A DNA stretch of 64,000 nucleotides from contig CAWDPO010000037.1 in the NCBI GenBank assembly GCA_963804165.1, positions 87,876-151,875 of the forward strand, written 5' to 3'. The DNA is from an uncultured delta proteobacterium. Lineage in GTDB: Bacteria > Desulfobacterota > Binatia > UBA9968. The notes beneath the pieces were generated by a model that saw nothing but the letters and a program-made list of their open reading frames with translations, was not told the origin of the DNA and ran no database searches. The translations under genes were made by a program, and so were the position numbers. Positions 43,453 to 54,361 of the stretch are shown one piece after another. Numbering within the stretch: the stretch's first letter is position 1; each line of letters begins with the position of its first letter.

Positions 43453-44612
43453 TTATTGCGCGTGGCTTCGTTGCTTCCTTGTTACCGTAGCGATTAATTC
43501 CGACAAACCGACAAACCTCACAGACAGGCCGCCGTAAGATCTGGTGAAAGAGCGCTGAACGTCATTGGCAACCACGAGGTTGTCGCCCTGTGGGTATGAT
43601 CTCCTGAACGCCTGTAGGTTGCCGGCGTCGAAGTCAGACGCAGACCACTTGCATTCGATTGCCAACGACAATGGTTTGGTGCGAGCCAAGATGAAATCGA
43701 CCTCGTGGCCGCGCTTGTCACGCCAGTAGCGGATCTCGCGAGATTGCAAATACGCGTGCATTTCATTGAGAACCAGATGCTCCCACAACAACCCTAGATC
43801 GTCGCTTCTAAGCTCGTGCCACCCCCGGTGGTAGCAGACAAACCCGGTATCGAAACCGTAAACTTTCGGAGCGGATATGATCTCGGTCGGGCGATGTGAG
43901 CTGTAGGGGCGGATCACATGCGCGATAAAGGTCGCCTCCAGCACTGCGAGATAGTTGGAGATCGTAGTTCGACTGACTTCGCAGGGGCGCGTAAACTTCG
44001 TCGCCTCGAAAATCCCGCCGCTCTGCGCCATGAGAAGTTCGGCAAACTTCTGAAACGAGCGACGGCGTTCGAGACGGAAAAGCTCTTGGATGTCCTTCGC
44101 CCAGTAAGCGTCCATCCATTCCTGGAAATCTCTTTCCGGAAGCTCTTTTCAAGAAAGAACGGCGGAAGACCGCCGTGCAGCAAACGATGACGAAGATCGA
44201 CACTACCGAAATCTTTAAGATCGCCGGTGGTCATCGGGGTAAGCCACAGTTCTTCTTTGCGTCCGGCTAAGGTGTCGCGAAATCTGGCTGAGGCGCCGAG
44301 AGTCGAGGAGCCAGTCGCGAGAATCTGGGTATCGGGGAAATGGTCTGCGGCAATTTTCAAAATCTCCGACGGCTGCTCAAGTCGATGAATCTCATCTAAA
44401 ATGATCCTGCGGCCACGGTTGTCTTGGAGGAATCCTTCGGGGTCGTCGATAATGCGGCGCACGCGCGGAAGCTCGCAGTCGAAATATTCGATATCACGGA
44501 GACTCTTCGCTAGGAAAGTTTTGCCAGCTCGTCGAACCCCGGATAGCCAGACTACGGAGCGCCGCTTCCATGCGCCTTCCAACCGATCGATCCAAAAGTG
44601 TCTTTGAACCAT
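43453..44612 (-). CDS. AAA_14 ATPase + DUF4143/PD-(D/E)XK-like C-terminus (frameshift at about 44140)
   Basis: GVRRAGKT, ILDEIH, TGSS, LAGR, GGLP, KVYGFDTG and EVDF..IECK motifs. Confidence 0.88.
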
Positions 44613-44632
44613 GGGACGGCACGCTAGCTTAT

Positions 44633-44672
44633 AGTCGCACTATACGCAATACTACTTGCGTTTAGTACAACT
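44633..44672. promoter_or_regulatory. Imperfect palindrome (operator-like) upstream of the AAA_14 gene
   Basis: AGTCGCACTATACGCAA-N6-TTGCGTTTAGTACAACT, 14/17 complementary. Confidence 0.5.
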
Positions 44673-44772
44673 CCGAGAGTTGCTTGGTCACTTTATCCGT
44701 GCGCATTCCGATATCAGCTTTACGAAACACAATCCTTACATCACGACTCAGGACAGGATTCGGATCGCTCGG

Positions 44773-45757
44773 TCATCGGATGACTCGATCCGCTCTCGCC
44801 AGCACATTGGGCGGAATCGTCAGGCCGATCTGCTTCGCTGCTTGAGATTGATCACCAGCTCGAACTTGGTCGGTTGCTCCACGGGCAAGTCCGCGGGCTT
44901 TGTGCCTTTCAGAATCTTGTCCACGTATGTAGCCGCGCGGCGGTACAAGTCCGACATCGTTCGCCCCATAGGACATAAGCCCCCCGCCTTCCACATATGT
45001 CGGAAGAAGTATATCACCGGGAGCCGGCTGTTTACCGCGAAGTCCGCAATCTTTTTTCGGTGAGGATTCCCAATGGAGTCCGTTACGAACCAGAGTGCTC
45101 CGTCCGCCCGCTCCCTAACTGCGGCTCGGAATGCGGTCTCAATATCTTTAGGACTTAGCATGTCTAGGTATTGAAGCTGCACCCCGAACGCCCCTGCGGC
45201 AAGTTCCACTTCTCTTAACATTTGCGCGTTTCCCGGCCTGGTTGAATCCCGAGAACGGCGACACGGGAGAGCTTGGGGACGATTTCTTTCAGAAGCTCCA
45301 GCTGCTTTCCGCCTAGCTCCGGAGCAAGTCTGGACAACCCAGTAATGTTCCCACCAGGTCGCGCCAGGCTGGCAACGAATCCGTTGCCGACCGGATCGGG
45401 ATCCTGCGCCATGACAATGGGAATCGTCGAAGTTGCTTCCTTGGCAGCACGTGTTACTAGTGGACCGGCCGTGACGATCACGTCTACCTTGAGACGAACT
45501 AGGTCCGCCGCGAGCGCGGGGAGACGATCGCGTTTTCCCTCTGCAGATCGCCACTCTATCACAATATTTTTACCCTCCACGTACCCCAGATCGCGTAGAC
45601 CCTGCCGGAATGCTTCGGTGTTGGCCTTGATACTCGAAGGCGGGCTACCAGATAGGAATCCTATCCGAGGGACTTTCTTCGGCTGCTGCGCCTGGGCGGG
45701 AAAGCTAAGAGCCAAGAGCACAGCGGTTAGAGCAAAACCAATGATTTTTTTACACAT
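44773..45757 (-). CDS. ABC_sub_bind SBP paralogue 4 (about 3 frameshifts)
   Basis: Pieces 45215-45757, 44820-45554 and 44773-44994 carry consecutive SBP motifs. Confidence 0.83.
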
Positions 45758-45837
45758 TGTTCTTTTCGGAGCAGGATCAAAACTTTACCAATGACTATCT
45801 TTAATACTTTACCATTCACATGTTCACCGATCACTGT

Positions 45838-46815
45838 TCACTTTATGACCTTATCCGCCCGCACCAGCACATTCGGCGGAATCGCCAAGCCGATCCGCTT
45901 CGCGGTTTTCAGATTTATGATGAACTCAAACTTAGTCGGCTGTTCGACGGGCAGCTCGGCGGGCTTTGTGCCTTTCAAGATTTTGTCGACAAAAACGGCT
46001 ACGCGCTTGTAACGTTCGGTGCGGTCGGCTCCATAGGACATCAAACCGCCGCTGACAACGAAACTTCCCTGGACGTAAATCGCCGGCAGCCGATTTTTTG
46101 CCGCCAGCTCGACAATCCGTTCTTGATTCGACGCCGCTAACGGAGTCGAGCACGCGGCAAGAGCAGCGCTGCTCGCTTTTACCGCCTCTTTGAACGCGTT
46201 CTCATATCTGTCGGCACTGCGCACCGCCATGGAATGAAGCTGTAGCCCAAGGTTCAGGGCTGCGGTCTGCGTCTCTTTCCATTCCTGCGCGGAGCTTGGA
46301 TTCTGCGGATCCCACAGGACCGCAACACGAAGCAGTTTCGGAACGGTTTCCCTGAGCAGCTCCAGCCGTTTGCCCGCCAACGCCGTTTCGACGCTGGTGA
46401 ACCCCGTGATGTTTCCGCCGGGCCGCGCCAAGCTGTCAACCAGCCCCGTCGCAACCGGGTCGGTCACGTCTGTGAAAACGATGGGAATAGTCTGAGTGGC
46501 TTTTTTTAGAGCCAGGGCGCCGGGAGTTCCGGGCGTTACCAGTACGTCAACCTTGAGACGAACCAGCTCCTCGGCTAGGGAGGGAAGCCGGTCGAGCTTG
46601 TCATCCGCGAATCGATATTCGAAGGCTATGTTCTTGCCTTCAACGTAGCCAAGATCGCGGAGCATACTGACGATAGTCTCTTGGCCGATGTTTGAAGCGC
46701 GGCGGGCTGAGAGCCAGCCGATCTTCGATACCTTCGTTTGCTGCTGCGCCTGGGCGGAAACAAAAGTTATCAGCAAGACAGTTGCCAGTAACCAGAAAAG
46801 AGATTTTGACTTCAT
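45838..46815 (-). CDS. ABC_sub_bind SBP paralogue 5
   Basis: Intact 325 aa. Confidence 0.92.
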   Translation of the reverse strand: MKSKSLFWLLATVLLITFVSAQAQQQTKVSKIGWLSARRASNIGQETIVSMLRDLGYVEGKNIAFEYRFADDKLDRLPSLAEELVRLKVDVLVTPGTPGALALKKATQTIPIVFTDVTDPVATGLVDSLARPGGNITGFTSVETALAGKRLELLRETVPKLLRVAVLWDPQNPSSAQEWKETQTAALNLGLQLHSMAVRSADRYENAFKEAVKASSAALAACSTPLAASNQERIVELAAKNRLPAIYVQGSFVVSGGLMSYGADRTERYKRVAVFVDKILKGTKPAELPVEQPTKFEFIINLKTAKRIGLAIPPNVLVRADKVIK

Positions 46816-47416
46816 AGTCTTCCCACCTGTTTCTTACTGGTAACTGATCACTGACAACCGGCAACTGTCATTTGATTACCTGATTCGCTCGCTCGAGCAC
46901 GCGGACTGGAATTGTAATACCGATCTGTTTTGCCGCCTTAAGGTTTATGATGAATTCAAACTTCGTGGCCCGCTGCACCGGCAAATCAGCCGGTTTGGCG
47001 CCTTTCAAGATCTTGTCCACGTAAACAGCCGCACGCCGATAGAGGTCATCGAAGTCCGGCCCATAGGACATCAGGCCGCCCTCATCGACGAACTCCTTCT
47101 GGAAGTAAATGGCCGGCAAACGGTATCTGCCGGCAAGCTCGACGATCCGCGTTCTTTCGGCGAAAAATTGGCGGACAACGATCGCCATAATCGCGTTGAC
47201 CTGCTTCTGCTTTGCGGTTTGAAAGGCACTCTCTAAACCTTTGGCGTCTGGTTGAGTCTCGATCTCCTCCAACTTTAGCTTCAGTGCCACAGCCGCGGGC
47301 CTGATCTCTTTAAGTTGGATGTCCCCTTCTATGTTGGCTCCCGGCAGCCGCAGAAGTCCAACGCGGGCGAGCTTGGGGACTGCGTCCTTGAGTATCTCTA
47401 GCCTTTTGGTGTTTAA

Positions 47417-48603
47417 GGAACCTCTGAATAACTACGTTATTTGGAAGGGGGCGATTATTTAAAACTGTTTCATGTTGACTAAGCGGCTCGGTGATTACAT
47501 CGGATGGGGTTTGCCTCGATTTCTTGGCCACTCAATGCGTTTGTGGACGGCCCAAGCTCCTCCCCATCGGACTACGCCAACAAAGCACGGCGCACTCGAT
47601 ACAGATTGGCCAGCGCAAACAGCGTGTAGATCTGTGCCGCGTTTTTCTTCAATCCCCGATACCGGGTCTTGATGTAGCCGAACTGGCGCTTGACCACCCG
47701 AAACGGATGCTCCACCTTGGCCCGTATACTGGACAGTTTTCTGTTTCTGCGCCGCTGCTTATGGCTCAAGCTCTTTTTGCTCTTGGCCTTGTCCAACACG
47801 CCCCAGAATAGTCCCGTCTTTCTCGCTGAGCGCTTATCCTGGTCGCTGAAGTAACCCTTGTCGGCAAACACCGCTTGCTCTTCTCCATGAAGGAGCGCTT
47901 CCATCTCCTGCTTGTCATGCACACTGGCCGTGGTCACTTTGACCGTGTGCACCAAACCGCTCTGACTGTCCGTTCCCGTGTGCACCTTCATGCCGAAGTG
48001 GTAGTTGTTGCCCTTCTTGGTCGAACTCATCTCCCCGTCGCGTTTCTTGTCCTTGTTCTTGGTCGAGGACGGCGCACCGATCAGCGTGGCGTCTACGATC
48101 GTGCCTTGTCTGAGCAAAAGCCTTTTCTCGCTCAAATACCCGTTGACCTCTTCCAACAGCTTCTCGGTTAACTGGTGCTTTTCCAGTAAGTGGCGAAAGT
48201 TTAAAATCGTGGTCTCATCGGGAATTTCTTCTTCCCCCAACTCTATCCCGGCAAATCGCCGCACCGACTCGATGTCGTACAACGCTTCTTCCATCCCGGG
48301 ATCGGACAACCCGTACCACTGCTGCACAAAGTATATCCGTAGCATCCGTTCCAACGGCATCGGTCGCCGTCCACTGCCGGCTTTGGGATAGTGCGCTTCG
48401 ATCAACGCCAGCAATTTCTCCCACGGCACCACTTGATCCATCTCAGACAAAAACTTCTCTCGCTTGGTCTGCTTTTTCTTTCCCGCCCACGCTAAACTCG
48501 CAAACGTTGTCTGCTCCTTCAATCTGTTTCCTCCTCTACCATTGTCGGTCTTGCTGCTTTTCGATATTAGACGACATTACTGAAGGGCTTGTTCAGAGAT
48601 TCC
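47417..48603 (-). mobile_element. IS5-family insertion sequence (1187 bp) with TTAA target duplication
   Basis: TIRs GGAACCTCTGAATAA / GGAATCTCTGAACAA; TTAA at 47413-47416 and 48604-48607. Confidence 0.95.
47572..48522 (-). CDS. IS5-family DDE transposase
   Basis: IPDETTILNFRHLLE, IVDATLI, ADKGY and RAKVEHPF motifs. Confidence 0.96.
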   Translation of the reverse strand: MKEQTTFASLAWAGKKKQTKREKFLSEMDQVVPWEKLLALIEAHYPKAGSGRRPMPLERMLRIYFVQQWYGLSDPGMEEALYDIESVRRFAGIELGEEEIPDETTILNFRHLLEKHQLTEKLLEEVNGYLSEKRLLLRQGTIVDATLIGAPSSTKNKDKKRDGEMSSTKKGNNYHFGMKVHTGTDSQSGLVHTVKVTTASVHDKQEMEALLHGEEQAVFADKGYFSDQDKRSARKTGLFWGVLDKAKSKKSLSHKQRRRNRKLSSIRAKVEHPFRVVKRQFGYIKTRYRGLKKNAAQIYTLFALANLYRVRRALLA

Positions 48604-49189
48604 TTAACTCGGGTGCTAAACCTGAAAACCCGGTTATGTTACCTCCCGGCCGCGCCAGACTGGCAACCAAACCAACTCCCACGGGATCCCCAGCGTTTGC
48701 CATCACGATGGGGATGGGCATGGTAGTGGTGGCGCCCTTGGCCGCTGACGCCGGTTGTGCCCCTGAGACCAGAATTAGATCAACCTTACGAACCAACTCC
48801 GCTGCAAGCTCAGGTAAGCGGTCATTTTTCCCTTCGGCAAATCGATACTCGATGGTGATATTCCTTCCCTCAATCCATCCGAGCTTGCGCAGCTCTTGCC
48901 GGAACGTCTCCAACAGACCTGCCATACCGGAAGCAGTGCTTGAATCGAGGAAACCGATGCGGAAGATTTTTCCCGGCTGCTGCGCCTCGGCCCTCGCCCC
49001 GCACACCGTGAGCGCGACAAAGATAGCAAAGATCCCCGCCCATTTTGGATTTTGGATACTTCGACGTGGCTCAGTACAGGTTTTAGATTTTCGATTGTCG
49101 GAACAAGAGCTCAGAGTTTGGACCCAAGACTTTTCACTCATGCGGTTTCTCCCCAATGCAAAATCCAAAATCAAAAATCCAAAATTGCT

Positions 49190-50233
49190 TCACCGAATCA
49201 CCCTATCCGCCCTTGCCAGCACCTGCGGTGGAATCGTGAGTCCGATCTGTTTGGCAGCTTTCAAGTTGACGGTGAACTCGAACTTCTTCGCCTGCTCCAC
49301 GGGAAGATCGGCCGGTTTGGCGCCTTTCAAAATCTTGTCGACGTAGGTAGCGGCGCGGCGGGACAAATCGTTATAGCTCGTGCCGTAATACATGAGACCA
49401 CCGGATTCGATATATTCCGGCCTGGAATATGTCGCCGGGAGCCGATGTTTTACCGCGAGGTCGACAATTTGTTTTCGATGAGCATTGAGGGCCGGATTCC
49501 CCAAAACAAGCAGCGCGTCGGCACGCCCCTTGGCTGCGGCTCGGAACGTAGTCTCAAGATCCTTGGGATGCAGGACATCCAGGTAGCGAAGGTAGACCTC
49601 GAAGGAGCCCGCGGCGAGTACCGTCTCTCTCAACGCTTGTGAGTCGCCCGGGTTGGTCGAATTGCCGATGATGGCCACGCGCGAGAGTCTGGGAACGATC
49701 TCCTTCATAAGCTCCAGTTGCTTGCCGCTAATCTCCGTGGAAAGAGTTGCCAAACCAGTAATGTTCCCACCCGGTCGCGCCAGGCTGGCGACGAACCCGC
49801 TGCCGACAGGGTCGGGATCCTGCGCCATGACGATCGGAATCGTCGAAGTTGCTTCCTTCAAAACACGGGTTACAGTCGGGCCAGCAGAGACGATAACATC
49901 TACTTTGAGATGCACGAGCTCGGCGGCAAGCTCACCGCGGCGCTCGACTTTTCCTTCTGCAGAGCGCCACTCGATGATGATGTTCTTGCCCTCAATGTAG
50001 CCAAGCTCGCGGAGGCCTTGGCGGAATGCCTCGGTGCGGCCCGTAACAGCTGAAGCAGGGGAATCGATCTGGAATCCTATTCGCGGGATCTTCGCCGGTT
50101 GCTGCGCCGAGGCAGATGAGCAAAGCGCAAAGAGCATGGCGCAAAGCGTAAGACGCATGACGTTCATTCTCATAATGGTTTTTCCCGTTTCTTGCACTTG
50201 GCTCTTTGCCCTATGCGCTTTGCGGTTTTTCAT
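49190..50233 (-). CDS. ABC_sub_bind SBP paralogue 7
   Basis: Intact; alternative start at 50173. Confidence 0.92.
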   Translation of the reverse strand: MKNRKAHRAKSQVQETGKTIMRMNVMRLTLCAMLFALCSSASAQQPAKIPRIGFQIDSPASAVTGRTEAFRQGLRELGYIEGKNIIIEWRSAEGKVERRGELAAELVHLKVDVIVSAGPTVTRVLKEATSTIPIVMAQDPDPVGSGFVASLARPGGNITGLATLSTEISGKQLELMKEIVPRLSRVAIIGNSTNPGDSQALRETVLAAGSFEVYLRYLDVLHPKDLETTFRAAAKGRADALLVLGNPALNAHRKQIVDLAVKHRLPATYSRPEYIESGGLMYYGTSYNDLSRRAATYVDKILKGAKPADLPVEQAKKFEFTVNLKAAKQIGLTIPPQVLARADRVIR

Positions 50234-51213
50234 CGAATCACCTTCACTGCGCGCTGCAGCACTTCCGGAGGAATCGTCACGCCGATCTGCTGAGCGGTCT
50301 TGAGGTTGACCGCGAGATCGAACTTCGTCGGTTGTACCAACGTGAGATCGCCGGGCTTTTTGCCTTTGAGAATCTGATCGACGTACTCGGCAGCGCGGCG
50401 GGATAGGTCGGGAAGGTTCACGCCGTAACTCAGTAGCCCGCCGGCTTCGACAAAGTCCGTGCGATCGTAGACCGCCGGCAGCCGGTGTTTGATAGTCAGA
50501 GTCGCAATGCGCGCGACGTTGCTGTTAAACATCGCGTCTGTCATCACGAACAACGCGCTCGCGCCTCCCTTGGCGGCGGAGCTGACGGCGCCGTCTAACT
50601 CGTTGGCGGTTTTCGCTGCTACGGATTGAAAGCTGAGTCCCGAGGAACGCGCGCCCAGTTCGGCGTCTTTTAGACTGCGGCCATGGCCGGGATTATTTGG
50701 ATTCGAAAGAGCTGTTACCTGGGATGCTTTTGGCAGGATTTCCTTGATGAGTTTTAGCCGGTCGCCAAAAAAGTCCGCGGACATGCGCGCCACGCCGGTA
50801 ACATTTCCTCCCGGATACATAAAACTTTTTATCAGCCCGGCCTCGACGAGATCGCCGGCGCCGGCCACGACGATGGGAATCGTGTTGGTGGCGTTCTTCG
50901 CGGCCACTGCGACGGCGGTGCCGCCAACGACGATCACGTCCGGTTTTTCGGCGACCAGTTCTTTCGCAAGTGGCACCAAGCGGTCGGTCTTCCCTTCGGC
51001 ATACTTGTAACTGAAGACAATGTTCGTGCCCTCTTCGTAGCCGGAATCGCGCAGCCCCTGACGCAGCGCCTCATCGCGGGATTTATTCACTGCTTCGGTA
51101 CCCGAAACCAGCACGCCGATCTTCCAAGTCTTCGCCGGCTGTTGAGCCTCGGCCATAGCCCCAAAGATTATGAGCGTCAGGATTACTGGAATCAGTCTTA
51201 CGATGTTTTTCAT
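50230..51213 (-). CDS. ABC_sub_bind SBP paralogue 8 (divergent)
   Basis: Intact 327 aa; has the SFMYPGGNVTG variant. Confidence 0.92.
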   Translation of the reverse strand: MKNIVRLIPVILTLIIFGAMAEAQQPAKTWKIGVLVSGTEAVNKSRDEALRQGLRDSGYEEGTNIVFSYKYAEGKTDRLVPLAKELVAEKPDVIVVGGTAVAVAAKNATNTIPIVVAGAGDLVEAGLIKSFMYPGGNVTGVARMSADFFGDRLKLIKEILPKASQVTALSNPNNPGHGRSLKDAELGARSSGLSFQSVAAKTANELDGAVSSAAKGGASALFVMTDAMFNSNVARIATLTIKHRLPAVYDRTDFVEAGGLLSYGVNLPDLSRRAAEYVDQILKGKKPGDLTLVQPTKFDLAVNLKTAQQIGVTIPPEVLQRAVKVIR

Positions 51214-51337
51214 ATATCCCTGCCTATTTTAGATTTTCGATTGCGGATTTTGGATTTTACAATCACCGAATGACTCATCGACTGTGATTAAGGAACGACG
51301 GGCAAAAAATATGGGATCGTAGTGGATTTGTTACTCG

Positions 51338-51637
51338 TCAACGGGATTTGCGTAATCTCAGCGTCTTGCTGAGTTCGGCGGCTGCACGCTCATAGATGTC
51401 CGCGCGGGGACCGAGCGCGACGATTTGCACCGTGGAGCCTCTGATACGATAGATGATTCGCGACCTGGTGACTCGGCAGCTTCTCAAACCTACCAGGTCG
51501 TCTCTCAACTCTTTAGCGCGATAGGGGTCATCAGAAATTGATCTCAGCGCCGCTTTGATTTTAGCTTTTAACTCAGGCGGAAGATGGCGTATGAGATCGC
51601 GCAACATTCGCGGCATCTCAATGCGATAACCGGTCAT
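51338..51637 (-). CDS. RelE/ParE-family toxin
   Basis: 99 aa, basic, with RIIYRI and GPRADIY; coupled to the antitoxin. Confidence 0.88.
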   Translation of the reverse strand: MTGYRIEMPRMLRDLIRHLPPELKAKIKAALRSISDDPYRAKELRDDLVGLRSCRVTRSRIIYRIRGSTVQIVALGPRADIYERAAAELSKTLRLRKSR

Positions 51638-51921
51638 TTCGGAGGTTTGCCCGGTTTCAAGGGCTCTCCGAAAACTTCCTCAAAAGTGAACCGTCGGCCC
51701 TTCTCAAGCTGGCGCAGCCCCTGTCTAATTTCCTTCATCAGGGAGCGGTTACGCATGATCGCCCTGGTCTCGCGCCACCCTTCATACTCGTCTGCGCTCA
51801 TGAGAACAGCCGCCGGCCGCCCATTTCGAGTGATGACAAGCTCTTCCTCGTCTTTTTCACAGTCAGCTACTAACTGGCTCAGACGAGCCTTGGCTTCCGA
51901 TAAACTCAGCACACGTGCCAT
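51634..51921 (-). CDS. Phd/YefM antitoxin
   Basis: SLSEAKARLSQL and VITRNGRPAAVLMS motifs. Confidence 0.92.
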   Translation of the reverse strand: MARVLSLSEAKARLSQLVADCEKDEEELVITRNGRPAAVLMSADEYEGWRETRAIMRNRSLMKEIRQGLRQLEKGRRFTFEEVFGEPLKPGKPPK

Positions 51922-51938
51922 AACTATCTCCTTGGTGT

Positions 51939-51980
51939 TAGACTAGAATTCAGACTAGGCCCGATGGTGCGTGTTGTCAA
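51939..51980 (-). promoter_or_regulatory. TA promoter/operator
   Basis: TTGACA-N17-TAGTCT with repeated CTAGTCT overlapping the -10. Confidence 0.65.
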
Positions 51981-52015
51981 ACCGAACAATGGCTCTATTC
52001 AAACGCTTCTTTTGC

Positions 52016-53002
52016 TCACCGAATCACCCGATCCGCCCTCACCAGGACGTTGGGCGGGATCGTCAGGCCAATCTGTTTTGCAGTTTTTAGATTGATAAAC
52101 AGCTCGAACTTCTTTGGCTGCTCGACCGGGAGATCGGCGGGCTTGGTGCCTTTAAAAATTCGCTCGACATATGCCGCAACGCGCCGTGACAATCCCGCGA
52201 TACTACTCCCATATGCCATCATGCCACCTGCATCCACAGTCTCGGGCCACTCGTAAATTGCCGGCAATCGATGCTTAGCAGCGAGCTGAATTATCCTGTC
52301 GCGTTCGCCGTTGAGAATCGGACTTGCCAGAACGAAGAGAGCTTGTGCTTGCTCTTTCGTCATAGTCGCGAACGCTGGTTCATACCCAGCATTCTTTAGT
52401 TCGACGACGATCAATTTGACGCGCAGAGCCGACGTGACTTTATGGGCTTCTCCGATCTGCAACTGAGAGCTGGATTCGCTGGTCGCCAGAACGGCGATCC
52501 TCTCGGCCTTTGGTACCGCCTCTTTGATAAGTTCCAGCCGTTTGCCGGCAAGCACATCCTCAGGTGCTACAACAACGCCCGTGATGTTTCCGCCCGGGCG
52601 CGCCAAGCTGGCAACGAAACCATCTCTGACGGGATCTTTACCGAAACCCATGACAATAGGAATTGTCTTCGTCGCGTCTTTCGCGCGTTGGATGGCCGTT
52701 GGGCTCACCGCAACAATTACGTCGACGTTCGAATCGACCAACTCCTTGGCCAAGTCGCTAAGCCGATCGAGTTTGCCGTCCGCAAAACGTCGTTCAATAG
52801 ACAAATTCTGACCCTCGATATAACCTAGTTCACTCAGAAACTTGGGAACGAGATTGAGAGCCGTAGGGGCCGTCGGCGCTGTCCGGGAGGAGGGAGTGAG
52901 AATGCCTAAGCGAAACACTTTTTTCGTTGGCTGCGCCTCGGCGGGAACGCAAAGAGCAAAGAGCATAGCGCAAAGCGTAAGACGCATGACGTTTATTCTC
53001 AT
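52016..53002 (-). CDS. ABC_sub_bind SBP paralogue 9
   Basis: Intact 328 aa. Confidence 0.92.
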   Translation of the reverse strand: MRINVMRLTLCAMLFALCVPAEAQPTKKVFRLGILTPSSRTAPTAPTALNLVPKFLSELGYIEGQNLSIERRFADGKLDRLSDLAKELVDSNVDVIVAVSPTAIQRAKDATKTIPIVMGFGKDPVRDGFVASLARPGGNITGVVVAPEDVLAGKRLELIKEAVPKAERIAVLATSESSSQLQIGEAHKVTSALRVKLIVVELKNAGYEPAFATMTKEQAQALFVLASPILNGERDRIIQLAAKHRLPAIYEWPETVDAGGMMAYGSSIAGLSRRVAAYVERIFKGTKPADLPVEQPKKFELFINLKTAKQIGLTIPPNVLVRADRVIR

Positions 53003-53057
53003 ATGTGGTCTCTCATTTCTTGCACTTGCCTCTTTGCCCTATGCGCTTTGCGATTTT

Positions 53058-54044
53058 TCACCGAATCACCGTATCCGCGCGATATAGCACTGACTGAGGA
53101 ATGGTTAAGCCAATTCCTTGCGCCGTCTTCAGATTGATCACCAACTCAAATTTGCTCGGCGTTTCCACCGGCAGGTCGGCGGGCTTGGCGCCCTTGAGGA
53201 TTCTGTCGACATAGTAGGCGATGCGACGCGCGATCTGCGTGCGGTCGGGCCCGTAGGAAAGTAGCCCGCCCGCCTCTGCGAACTCGCGCCAGCCCGAAGC
53301 CATCGGGATCCGGGTCTTCAAAGCAAATCCGGCCAGTTGTGATCTACGCAGCGACGTGAGACGTGAGGGCACGATGATAAGCCCATCAAACTTTTCTTTT
53401 TTCATGGCGGAAAGGGCGTTATCGAATTCGTCCATGCGCTCGACTTTGAACAACCGCAGCTGCACGTTGAACTCTTTCGCCGTGACTTGTATTTCCCTCA
53501 ATTCATTATCGGCATGCGCTGGATTCCAAAGCACTCCCGAGCTTGACAGTTTGGGGTTTATCTCTTTGAGCAGTTGAATGCGCTTGCCTGCCAGCTCATC
53601 CATGACAAAAGTTACCCCCGTAATGTTCCCGCCTGGCCGCGCCAAGCTCGAAATGATCGAAGCGCGCACCGGATCATCGCTGGTGCCTACGACGATGGGG
53701 ACCGTTTGCGTTGCCTTCTTCGCCGCCGCGGCAATGTCGCCTCCGACGCCGATGATTACGTCCACCTTTTGCTGAACCAGGGCGGCGGCAATCTCAGGAA
53801 GTTTTTCCGGGCGCCCGTCCGCAAAGCGATGCTCGAACACGATGGTTTTGCCCTCCACGTAGCCGAGTTCTTGGAGCCCGTCGATGATCGCCGTTTCGAT
53901 ACTGGGCAACGGGCCCGCAGTTGCTGAGCCGTACCAAATCCAGCCCACGCGCGCGGGAGACTTGCCCTGTGGCTGCGCCTCGACCGTACTACAAAGCGCA
54001 AAGAGCATAGCGCTAAACGCGCAAGTGATGATTTTATTCTTCAT
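53058..54044 (-). CDS. ABC_sub_bind SBP paralogue 10
   Basis: Intact 328 aa. Confidence 0.92.
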   Translation of the reverse strand: MKNKIITCAFSAMLFALCSTVEAQPQGKSPARVGWIWYGSATAGPLPSIETAIIDGLQELGYVEGKTIVFEHRFADGRPEKLPEIAAALVQQKVDVIIGVGGDIAAAAKKATQTVPIVVGTSDDPVRASIISSLARPGGNITGVTFVMDELAGKRIQLLKEINPKLSSSGVLWNPAHADNELREIQVTAKEFNVQLRLFKVERMDEFDNALSAMKKEKFDGLIIVPSRLTSLRRSQLAGFALKTRIPMASGWREFAEAGGLLSYGPDRTQIARRIAYYVDRILKGAKPADLPVETPSKFELVINLKTAQGIGLTIPQSVLYRADTVIR

Positions 54045-54134
54045 GAATTTTCCTCACTCTAACCCTCTCCTCGGGGCGACGGTACTTGAGATCGTCAATC
54101 GATTCTTTCGAGGCCTTTGATTGGAATCTCGAAA

Positions 54135-54340
54135 CTAGTGTCCTGTCTCAGAAGTTCGCGACATAATTCTCGCGTCATTCCGTCGGAAAATCTCCCCTTC
54201 CCCTCTTTGGCAAAGAGGGGTGAGAATCGCACGGAGAAAATTCCCCCTTTGAAAAAGGGGGACAAAGGGGGATTTGAGTTCAATTTCAGTGGCTGCCATC
54301 GTTTGGACTTTTTAAACGAACTTCTGAGACGCCACACTAG
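54135..54340. mobile_element. MITE (about 200 bp) with 24-bp TIRs including flanking CTAG, carrying REP-like palindromes
   Basis: CTAGTGTCCTGTCTCAGAAGTTCG ... CGAACTTCTGAGACGCCACACTAG; internal CCCCTCTTTGGCAAAGAGGGG and CCCCCTTTGAAAAAGGGGG. Confidence 0.8.
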
Positions 54341-54361
54341 AAACCTGAAACTCGAAACTTT

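Larger units (their letters stand above)
46868..49141 (-). pseudogene. ABC_sub_bind SBP paralogue 6, interrupted by IS5
   Basis: Removing 47417-48607 restores in-frame GLAPELNTKRLEILKDAVPKL. Confidence 0.92.

Noticed and set aside
54095-54337. 80-aa ORF (NPPLSPFFKGG)
   Set aside because: It is a translation of the MITE/REP palindromes.
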